Made by a program: the position numbers and the translations under genes. Shown here piece by piece: positions 34,421 to 44,521 of a DNA stretch of 64,000 nucleotides. The DNA comes from Trypanosoma brucei (Eukaryota). Within the stretch, counting starts at the first letter, position 1. Every line of letters starts with the position of its first letter. The DNA lies in the NCBI GenBank assembly GCA_000002445.1, contig CP000066.1, positions 608,001-672,000 of the forward strand, written 5' to 3'. Under the pieces are notes generated by a model. That model saw only the letters and a list, made by a program, of their open reading frames with translations. It was not told where the DNA came from and did not search any database.

Positions 34421-35077
34421 TCAGAGAAATAGGAGCAACACTGAGGAAAACACCTGGTAGATAGGTGGTTGCAGCGGCTGAGATTTGCTTGTCTGCTGTT
34501 CCGGGGGGCGAACAGAGGAAGTTCCGTTACGTTCGCTGCCAAAAGTGGAGGAGACAGTACCTTTATTTTCGGATTTGAGGTGGCCGTCATCCTTAGAGGG
34601 TGAACCATTTTCCTCCTTTTTAGGGGTCGCAGAAACCGAACTACCATTTCTCACCGGCTCTTCAGAAAGCACAGGGCCGTACTCGGATGATGGAGGTGCC
34701 TCACCTTTGTTAGAGGCATCGTCGCGACTTGAGTCTCCACCCGCTTCCACAACTGGTGAAGCGACTTCGGGTGTTGAGAGCCCAAGGAACTCACTAACCT
34801 TTGCGGTTACACATCTGTGCGGTGAAAAGCAGGTCAATCCCCCGCCGCAAACGGTACAGTTCCCCTCTGCAGGTGCGCCCGAAGGAACCCTGTGTGCCAG
34901 GGTGCAGTTTTTCTGTGCATACGTCATGAGACGATTCTCCTCGTTTCTAGTTATACGGCTTTCAATTCCCAATACTTCCGTGCACTTACCCACATATCCA
35001 ATTCTTCCCTCCCATACATTCTCACACATGGCCACACGTTGAACGAAACCGAACAGTATTATTGGTAGGCACAGCAT
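34421..35077 (-). CDS. array copy 2 (218 aa)
   Basis: Same architecture. Differs from copy 1 at a few residues (RDDASN, QQTSKS, VFSSVLLLFL). Confidence 0.55.
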   Translation of the reverse strand: MLCLPIILFGFVQRVAMCENVWEGRIGYVGKCTEVLGIESRITRNEENRLMTYAQKNCTLAHRVPSGAPAEGNCTVCGGGLTCFSPHRCVTAKVSEFLGLSTPEVASPVVEAGGDSSRDDASNKGEAPPSSEYGPVLSEEPVRNGSSVSATPKKEENGSPSKDDGHLKSENKGTVSSTFGSERNGTSSVRPPEQQTSKSQPLQPPIYQVFSSVLLLFL

Positions 35078-35934
35078 TTCAGAATTCTACACTGCCTGAG
35101 TTGCTCCAACACCAGCGCAAAGAAAAATAATAAACACCTCATACATAACATATATCATACAGTTATGTGTGTTTATACTTTGTTTCAAAATATATCGTAT
35201 TGAATACAAATAGCAGACACATGACACGAAAAAATCCCATTAAGCGTTAACATGACATAAAATACCCTATTCAGATGCAACCGAACAAAAGGGTCGTATC
35301 CTTTCATTTTCTACGCATATCACTTTTGATCCAAGATACGGTTAAACAGGTGACAAACATAATGCAGTACGTACTAAAACAAAAAACACTTTTTACTTGA
35401 ATCCCTATATCAACTCACAATCGACAACACATATTCGACATTAACTAACTCCATCATTAAAATACACTCCACTCTAACACAGAAACAACCCAATGTGATG
35501 CTTAGTTACCATAACAAAGGAATACGCCTCACGTTTCACAAACATGGGTACGAAGTCATTCCACCCTAGTACACACATTTGGTCACCTCACATTAATAAC
35601 CTGTTTCTTAAACGCGTAAGGCGTTGTTTAAATTTCACGTTGTCATATAATATAATATTCCATACATAATTCTGCCTGCAGAGTCCACACCATATCGACA
35701 GCTGCCTTCATCTTACTTCCAAACAAACGCCTAAAACTCTTCTAAAGGAGTCTGGCGTAGCATAAAGATATACAATGACGCAAACACCAAAGAAGCTAGA
35801 TTGAAACACAGGTGGGGAGGAACTATCGGCATCTGGGGATGAATGACTTCATTCAAATGGGCATGCACGAATGCAGCACCTTTGAAGGGACAAAAACTCG
35901 TTTTAGAAAGAAAACTGACAAATAATTTGTACTC

Positions 35935-36591
35935 TCAGAGAAATAGGAGCAACACTGAGGAAAACACCTGGTAGATAGGTGGTTGCAGCGGCTGAGATTT
36001 GCTTGTCTGCTGTTCCGGGGGGCGAACAGAGGAAGTTCCGTTACGTTCGCTGCCAAAAGTGGAGGAGACAGTACCTTTATTTTCGGATTTGAGGTGGCCG
36101 TCATCCTTAGAGGGTGAACCATTTTCCTCCTTTTTAGGGGTCGCAGAAACCGAACTACCATTTCTCACCGGCTCTTCAGAAAGCACAGGGCCGTACTCGG
36201 ATGATGGAGGTGCCTCACCTTTGTTAGAGGCATCGTCGCGACTTGAGTCTCCACCCGCTTCCACAACTGGTGAAGCGACTTCGGGTGTTGAGAGCCCAAG
36301 GAACTCACTAACCTTTGCGGTTACACATCTGTGCGGTGAAAAGCAGGTCAATCCCCCGCCACAAACGGTACAGTTCCCCTCTGCAGGTGCGCCCGAAGGA
36401 ACCCTGTGTGCCAGGGTGCAGTTTTTCTGTGCATACGTCATGAGACGATTCTCCTCGTTTCTAGTTATACGGCTTTCAATTCCCAATACTTCCGTGCACT
36501 TACCCACATATCCAATTCTTCCCTCCCATACATTCTCACACATGGCCACACGTTGAACGAAACCGAACAGTATTATTGGTAGGCACAGCAT
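35935..36591 (-). CDS. array copy 3 (218 aa, protein identical to copy 2)
   Basis: Identical translation to copy 2. Confidence 0.55.
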   Translation of the reverse strand: MLCLPIILFGFVQRVAMCENVWEGRIGYVGKCTEVLGIESRITRNEENRLMTYAQKNCTLAHRVPSGAPAEGNCTVCGGGLTCFSPHRCVTAKVSEFLGLSTPEVASPVVEAGGDSSRDDASNKGEAPPSSEYGPVLSEEPVRNGSSVSATPKKEENGSPSKDDGHLKSENKGTVSSTFGSERNGTSSVRPPEQQTSKSQPLQPPIYQVFSSVLLLFL

Positions 36592-37448
36592 TTCAGAATT
36601 CTACACTGCCTGAGTTGCTCCAACACCAGCGCAAAGAAAAATAATAAACACCTCATACATAACATATATCATACAGTTATGTGTGTTTATACTTTGTTTC
36701 AAAATATATCGTATTGAATACAAATAGCAGACACATGACACGAAAAAATCCCATTAAGCGTTAACATGACATAAAATACCCTATTCAGATGCAACCGAAC
36801 AAAAGGGTCGTATCCTTTCGTTTTCTACACATATCACTTTTGATCCAAGATACGGTTAAACAGGTGACAAACATAATGCAGTACGTACTAAAACAAAAAA
36901 CACTTTTTACTTGAATCCCTATATCAACTCACAATCGACAACACATATTCGACATTAACTAACTCCATCATTAAAATACACTCCACTCTAACACAGCAAC
37001 AACCCAATGTGATGCTTAGTTACCATAACAAAGGAATACGCCTCACGTTTCACAAACATGGGTACGAAGTCATTCCACCCTAGTACACACATTTGGTCAC
37101 CTCACATTAATAACCTGTTTCTTAAACGCGTAAGGCGTTGTTTAAATTTCACGTTGTCATATAATATAATATTCCATACATAATTCTGCCTGCAGAGTCC
37201 ACACCATATCGACAGCTGCCTTCATCTTACTTCCAAACAAACGCCTAAAACTCTTCTAAAGGAGTCTGGCGTAGCATAAAGATATACAATGACGCAAACA
37301 CCAAAGAAGCTAGATTGAAACACAGGTGGGGAGGAACTATCGGCATCTGGGGATGAATGACTTCATTCAAATGGGCATGCACGAATGCAGCACCTTTGAA
37401 GGGACAAAAACTCGTTTTAGAAAGAAAACTGACAAATAATTTGTACTC

Positions 37449-38123
37449 TCAGAGAAATAGGAGCAACACTGGAAAAAAAACCTGGTAGATAGGTGGTTGC
37501 AGCGGCTGAGATTTGCTTTTCTGCTGTTCCGGGGGGCGAACAGAGGAAGTTCCGTTACGTTCGCTGCCAAAAGTGGAGGAGACAGTACCTTTATTTTCGG
37601 ATTTGAGGTGGCCGTCATCCTTAGAGGGTGAACCATTTTCCTCCTTTTTAGGGGTCGCAGAAACCGAACTACCATTTCTCACCGGCTCTTCAGAAAGCAC
37701 AGGGCCGTACTCGGATGATGGAGGTGCCTCACCTTTGTTAGAGGCCTCGTCGCGACTTGAGTCTCCACCCGCTTCCACAACTGGTGAAGCGACTGCGGGT
37801 GTTGGGAGCCCAAGGAACTCACTAACCTTTGCAGTGACACATCTATAATTGAAAGGACAACGCAAGGTTCCCCCGCCACAAACGGTACAGTTCCCGTCAG
37901 TGGTTGCGCCAGATGGTACGCTTCGGATGGGAGTGCAGTTCGCTTCCGCATACTTCACGAGACGATTCTCTTCTGCTACGCCCGCTGGAGCCTTAATTTT
38001 CAGCAAATCCGTACACATATCCACAACTCCAACTCGCGTTCCCCATCCCTTCCCATAAGTAGCAACAATTTGAACCAATCCCGCGAACAGGGTTAATACA
38101 CAGACACACACAGGTCTCGTCAT
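37449..38123 (-). CDS. array copy 4: paralog with divergent N-terminal Cys domain, conserved stalk and tail (about 224 aa)
   Basis: Start moved to ATG 38123 (MTRPVCVCVLTLFAGLVQIVA signal peptide). Conserved NCTVCGGG..RC..RCVTAKVSEFLGL core. The C-terminal 120 aa match copy 1 variants (RDEASN, QQKSKS, VFFPVLLLFL). Confidence 0.5.
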   Translation of the reverse strand: MTRPVCVCVLTLFAGLVQIVATYGKGWGTRVGVVDMCTDLLKIKAPAGVAEENRLVKYAEANCTPIRSVPSGATTDGNCTVCGGGTLRCPFNYRCVTAKVSEFLGLPTPAVASPVVEAGGDSSRDEASNKGEAPPSSEYGPVLSEEPVRNGSSVSATPKKEENGSPSKDDGHLKSENKGTVSSTFGSERNGTSSVRPPEQQKSKSQPLQPPIYQVFFPVLLLFL

Positions 38124-39031
38124 TAATCTTTTACTAACATAACAATAAAAGCAAAAAAACTTCTTTGCAGAGCAATTAACTCGCTTTCTCTCATGTTTAA
38201 ACATTGTCAAGTTACCTTTTGTTTAATATACAGAGCCAGTTAACCACTCAGAAAACAACCAGTGAGTATAATCAGCGTCCACAATACTTATCCGTATGGG
38301 AAGAAATGAAATATGAAGTTACGTCTTTTAAAATCTTTATCAAAAGCAGCAGCCAAGCGACCGGAGACTCACATTTATCAAGTGCGAGTAGGGGGCATCT
38401 GTGGTTCAATAACATAAAAACACATGCAGTAACAAGTTTTCGCAGATAAATATTATGGAGTACCACCTATATAAGTCCAAGTCCACACAAAAAAAACCCA
38501 AGCAAAAGCAAATACACAGTAAAGAAATAATTACAAACACATTTGATAGCACCGTCTGTTGATAGCAAATACTTAAACAGCGAAGAAGAAAGACGTTCAA
38601 AGCATTACAAAACACATCGTGGAGCAGTTCTGTAGAAACGATTACAAATGGGAAATAACCAACTCCCACGAAACAGTACATCACTGTAGCCAGTCCATCA
38701 AGAAAAATTGGCAGCGTCTCGGCGCGTGATTCAACTCTTTTCGAACGCTAGACAGCATCCACAACACTAAGCAGTTAGGTACAAATATAGATCACTACAT
38801 AGCAAAAGCAAAATGCGGTAAGTACCGCAAAGGGGTCCCCCATCCTTACGCTGTTCTATTATTTATTTCGCTTCTTCCACTTTATTGCAGTCTACAATTA
38901 TAGGCGCTTTCTCCCATCATATATTAAAGCATAATAGCGCGAGAAAGAACAAAAGGTCATAGATTAACGTATCGAGCTAGTGTGAGGGGTGATGCTCTGA
39001 GGCAGTATTTGTATCTAGTTTAGTGACGGAT

Positions 39032-39949
39032 TTATCCGGTGATAAAGCATACAATTGCGACAAGGAGGTTCTGTATCGCTCCATATCTCACGTTGTTTCC
39101 TTTTTTGTTTTCTGGTTTGCGGTCGATTCTTCCTGTGTTTGATACAATTCCTGCACCTGCTGCAACTGTATCATCCCGTCCGCGCACTGGTTCCTCCCTT
39201 CCTGGGTCTGCATCCTGTTTCCCATTGGTCGTCGTGCCATCTTCTGCAGCATCGCGCTGGTGATCATTCACTGTACCTTTTTCTGGTGAAGATTCCCCTC
39301 GAGGGTGAGTATGCTTCCCTCCCTGAGTTGCTCCTCCCTTTTCTGGTTCCTTTCGGGTCAAGCCCTCACCTCCAGCTCCGTCCTTTTTCCCCGAAGCTCC
39401 CCGCTTCTCCCCAGCAGTTCCCCGCTTTTCCCCCGGACTTTGCTGATCTTCCTTTGGAGTTTCCTCACCTTCCCCCGAAGCTTCCTGCTCCTCCCCCTCA
39501 CTTTTGGGAGCACTGCTCGCTGTCTCTTCGTCGTCCGAACCGCTACCCTTAGTTGTGTCTGAGGGTCCCTGTTCAGACGCGGCAGACTGCTCTACCGTCT
39601 CTTCTGTAGGGACCTGTTGTGTTATACTCCGCCAGTCGGAGTCGGAGCATGTTGTGGCATTGAGTGAATCCTCGCTTGAGTCCTCGTCCGTGCAATTAAG
39701 GGTGTGCAGCCGGTGGCCGTTTCCATGAAAAATGGCGTACACTTTGAGCTTCAGCTTGAAATATCCCTGTGGTTGTCCCTTTCCGATCAGAAGCACAGGA
39801 GTGTTTGTGCAGTTGGCAGGGTGCCACTTGCCCTTCCATCTGCACAGCGCCCCTTCCGCTTCATTATGCAGACAGTCACACCTGAAAGTCACTGCTGAAG
39901 ATCCCAAAACTACACAACTTGCTAGAAACAACGCTGTAAATGTCAACAT
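39032..39949 (-). CDS. acidic Ser/Glu/Gly-rich secreted or membrane-anchored protein with N-terminal Cys-containing domain
   Basis: ATG confirmed at 39949. Signal peptide MLTFTALFLASCVVLGSSA. Cys motif FRCDCLHNEAEGALCRW...NCTNT...LNCTDED. Long acidic low-complexity region with imperfect GEKRG(T/A)(A/S)G repeats. Hydrophobic C-terminus LLVAIVCFITG. Confidence 0.5.
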   Translation of the reverse strand: MLTFTALFLASCVVLGSSAVTFRCDCLHNEAEGALCRWKGKWHPANCTNTPVLLIGKGQPQGYFKLKLKVYAIFHGNGHRLHTLNCTDEDSSEDSLNATTCSDSDWRSITQQVPTEETVEQSAASEQGPSDTTKGSGSDDEETASSAPKSEGEEQEASGEGEETPKEDQQSPGEKRGTAGEKRGASGKKDGAGGEGLTRKEPEKGGATQGGKHTHPRGESSPEKGTVNDHQRDAAEDGTTTNGKQDADPGREEPVRGRDDTVAAGAGIVSNTGRIDRKPENKKGNNVRYGAIQNLLVAIVCFITG

Positions 39950-42900
39950 AGAGTGTTAGCTGCCTGTCCTCTACTTGTAAAAATCACTGAAAAAGGGATG
40001 TACTCGGTAAACACAGGGTCCACACAAACGCAAACACACGTTCCTAACAGCTTTCAATTGCACTTACACTCCCCGTTACTCCAGCAGGTTCCACTGGTCG
40101 TCAAATTTAGCAGTAAATTTATTCCTCACGAAGATAAGCTATCACCAATCCACTAATAGGCAATCGGTCACCCTTCTGGTCGACTTCTGTAGACTTACTA
40201 CCCCATAATTAGTTGAAGTTTTTGGGTAAGGCTACCTGCGCCTGAAGTTTTAGAGACCCCGGGAATTTCTAAGTGCATGCGCGAGTTGCATTGCAGCCAC
40301 ACAACCATATATGCCCCGGCGTGCCTGTAAAAAAGACAAACACGTAGTTACTTAACAAGCAGATGTGCTCGCGCACGAATGTCTCCCAGTAAAAACACAC
40401 ACAAAGGTATAACGTGAAACAACAATTCCAAGCTAACTTAGCGGATATGTATTAAGACAAAATAATTAAAGCAGTCATGGTGGAAAGAACTTGAAATATG
40501 GAACTTAAGGGAACACCGTTTCCCCCTTTTTTCTTAAAGATAAACGGTCTGACTTTCCTATTTATCTTCGTTACCGGTTACGTCATTGTCACTCTGAAGC
40601 TTTGTTTCGATTCTGCTTCCCGCTACAACGCCGGCTGTAGCAATAAACCGGCCTCCTCTTAGGCATGCTTGAGCGCTTTTCATTCCCGCTTTTGTTATTC
40701 GCCAAGAAGTGGCTTGACAGGTGTTGGAGTTTCTTTGATCCACCTCAAACGCGGGGTTTCCTTTTTTTTATTCCCTCCAAAAATACGAAGGGGCAACTCG
40801 CCTAGCGGTGATTCCACCCACAAAAGAGAAAGCACACACAACGTAAGTTAGCGTGATGAATAGGGTGTACAAAGTTAATTATACCCTTTTTCCACCTTAC
40901 GTTGCAAAGGTCAGGCATGTCAGTTAGTTAATATATTTTTCACCACCGTCGGAAAGTAATTAAGTACCACTTTAGGCAATCTTTCCCTCTATGTCCGGGG
41001 ATCAATACGACCTTTCACATCTCTCCTCGTCAACACCTTCCCCCTACTGCGCTTTAGTGAGAACAGCACCAACTCAGGTGAATCAACGAAGTAAATACCA
41101 ACAACTATTGGGGACTTGGAAATGTACCTACCTCCGTGAGCGTTACCGATCCTTCAAATCACTGGGTGTTTTTTTTTAAAAAGAGCGGCTGGAACCCATG
41201 GCCCCTCATGTCACCACAAAGCCGAATCTCAGTACTTGTGCGCCCTCATTCACACGTTTAGTTGTTATCATATTAACAGGTTCCAATAAGATGGTACCTT
41301 TCGCGTTACTCTAGGCCCGAAATCGGTTGTGGAATCATTCAGGACCTACCGCCACCGGTGGGATACCTTTCCCGACTCCAAACTTCAGGTTGCAAACTCT
41401 CCGTACCTGCAGAAAGTAGCAGCGCCCCGATAGAAAGTTAGGTTCCATCACCTCTTATCTTTAAATTTGTTTTTATTCACATGCGACGGAGTTTAACTGA
41501 CGAGGCACCAACCCATTCCTTTGTAACTTCAGGGATGATGCCGCTTTCGGCCGCCCTCTACACGACAACCTCTAATTATCCAGAGTAGCACCAATAACAT
41601 ATGCTGTTACCATTTAAAAGAGCATTCAGCATGGATGACTTCCCCCCGATGTCACTAATAATTGAGTAACGCGGTTCCGGAAGTGTTGTGTTACAACTTA
41701 TTCTCTTAGGATGGAACAAACTCCTTCGTGGTAGCACACCTTAGCGGCATCGTGAGATATTCACCACAGCACCAAGTGGGGGAGATTGATTTAGGCGCAT
41801 GAAGTATGGATGTCACTGTGCGGGTTGTACTGTTCAAAAGAGTGGGTTGTCGGCAAAAGGTGTTACAAGCCACACGATGTTACACGAGTAGACGGAAATC
41901 TAATGAGGTGCGTTCAGCTGTTGTGCGCACGTTCGGACAAGAATACGCCAAAGTGAGGCAATAATGTGCACGTGAAGACGGCACTAACGCGTAGATCGTT
42001 TGCCACTTGTATATCATATTTCCCCAGGAGTCCAGCCCAAAGTATTCGTACCGGCTGAAGGCGCACATTAATGAATTTCAACGGATGCATCAACCACAGA
42101 ACTTAGAGAAGGGCTCCGCTACCACTGGTAAATACTAAAGGAGACATTGCCCCTCTCCCAAAGACATAAAACCGTTGCCGAAGGCGCCTCAGAGAATTGC
42201 GATTATAGAGGGAGTAAGCCGGCATGCAACACGTTGGCACTCGCGCGGCTCTCGCAAAGAGTATTTACATTTTATGTGCAATGCAAACTCCTCTCCGTGC
42301 GGATACGCCTTTCACCGTCGACACCATTGGCACTGAGACTTTAGCAGTAATTGTAGAAATGTATAAGCCCCCGTATGTTGCACTTTTATTTATTGACAAT
42401 GTGATACTTCACGCAATCCCGTGCCTGCCCTCCCCATCGTTTTGTTCATTCCGTTTTTAAGCCATAACTGCGGGGCTGTGGTGACAAGGTTCAAAGCGAC
42501 CACCAATAGGAGAGGAAAGATATATACATACATATATATCATCAGGCTTCTTTTGGCCCGAATGCGCCAAGAAACTATTGAGTGTTTCCCCTCGCGTGGC
42601 AAAACCACTTCATGGGGCGATAAACTCCCGAGCTCACTCACGGGCAAAACATTCCAGTAGGAACTTGTAAAATGTGGAATGGAGGAGGAATGACTAGCAA
42701 CCGAGCGGGAAGTTTTTGGCACACTGCTTATTCCCAGCACCATGACCGCTACCGATGGCATTGGACTCACCTTGTTCTTTTACCCCAAAGAACTTTAGCA
42801 GGTACCGTACTGCTTTTATGTTTTAACACAACCGTCGTTCCCCCTATAAACTCCGTTTACCTTCACTCCTTCCGCAGGGAAGCGCAAACGAGCAAATAAC

Positions 42901-44521
42901 CCCCGGTATTTGAGCTTTGCAGATCCCTCTTACGCATATATCTTGCGATGTTGACAACTGCAGCCCGACGACGATAGCGGTTAATTGCTAGTGACACTGG
43001 CTGATTTGGTACTTTATATATATATATAAAGGAAGTTAAACGTCACCGTCTTGCCCTCCGTAACCAGATGATGATGGAGATTAACTCACTGTCAAGCAGG
43101 TTAGATGCGCAACGCAATGCGGGACTCCTCAGTTTAAAAAAAAAAAAAAGCATCTTAGTCTACCACTGAACCCGCGGCAACTTGTTCTGACAAAAACTGA
43201 CCGTGGTGTGTTTCCCGCCATTTATTAGGGGAAAATGTCACGCGAAACCAAAGTAAAGAGGGCAGAAATAACTACTCACCAACCTCTGACCTGCTGAAAA
43301 ATGGTGAGGGACAGAGAATGTAGTTGGATTACTCAGCCAGGGATAACTTGTATTTGTGCTCGCGTCATGTGTTTCAGACTAGAGGTGTCATTTGCACAGA
43401 TAGATTCACATCATTGTTCCAACAGAAAGAGTAAATAAGGGGTGACGAATGATAGGGTGCGAAGGAAGGAATAAATAACTCAGAACCAAACGAAGTATAA
43501 GTTTCGTCAAGACATTTCGTACGACAAGAGTGAAACGTTATAGTCATCAGTGGCTTCATTTGTGGTAGCGGTGGTGCCGATCACTTGTGAGCCCGCCGGT
43601 AGGATGAAGGGTCTTCCACTGAACAATAACATGGCGGCGCGCTTTTCCACACCCAACTTTGTTAGGTCACACACACACGAAACAAATCCAACTGAATGTT
43701 CCATTGCTAAGGGTACAGTAGCAAAATGGGAGGAAATAAGTGCATAATCTGCTGAAGCGCACTACCAGTCCCTGGAATGAAGGTGATTACAGATAACTAA
43801 CTTCAACATACTCGAGCATTCTTTCAGCCATTCGAGCGGCCAATAAGGGAACCGTTGCACTTCCTTCCTTTCCTCCTCCTTCCCCCTATAAATATCGCAC
43901 TGGTAGCGCCCACGGGGATGCCTCACCGTCCCTAGGCGCTGCGGCGTCCCATGAACAATATCATGAACGGTTAAACAAAAACAGAAGTAAAAAAGTGAAC
44001 TTTTTGAATACTGGTGGAGGAAGAGGAAATAACAAGTATTTATGCACGACACAAAAATGATATTGGTACAAGGTTGAAAGCAAAGTGCTTTGGAGACCCA
44101 TCGTTGGGGCGAGGAATTTCTCACCACTCCCATTCAATGTGCACGAATAAACTCCCGCCTGCTCCACACCTTTGTACGCTCATTATCTCGTTCACCTTCT
44201 CTCACATCATCATCATTCCTTTATCATCTCCCTTCATTTATGCTTGCACGACAGCAGAGGTGTCATCCCGCAGAGACACACATACACATACACACACGCA
44301 CACGTATACAAATATCATCTTCAGCATGCGACGGCCAACACAGTTCAGTGGGAGTGAGGAAGACGCTAATCACATTCCCTCCATTTATTCCCCCTTGTCT
44401 TTCTCCCTCAGTTTCCCCTTGCGTATTTCCCTCGTCTACTCTCGTCGCTCCCCAACTTCCATGACTAGTCAATAAAAATAGATAAAATTAAAACAAAAAC
44501 AAAAACAAGACCGACAAACCC

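Larger units (their letters stand above)
32245..37850. repeat. tandem array, about 3.7 units of exactly 1514 bp, each carrying one small surface-protein gene
   Basis: The landmark aaccgaacaaaagggtcgtatcc recurs at 32251, 33765, 35279 and 36793 (period 1514). ORFs recur at the same spacing. Copies 2 and 3 are identical at protein level. Copy 4 diverges upstream of about 37850. Confidence 0.9.

Noticed and set aside
39055-39552. Pro/Leu-rich 165-aa plus-strand ORF
   Set aside because: Antisense shadow of the acidic protein gene's low-complexity region.
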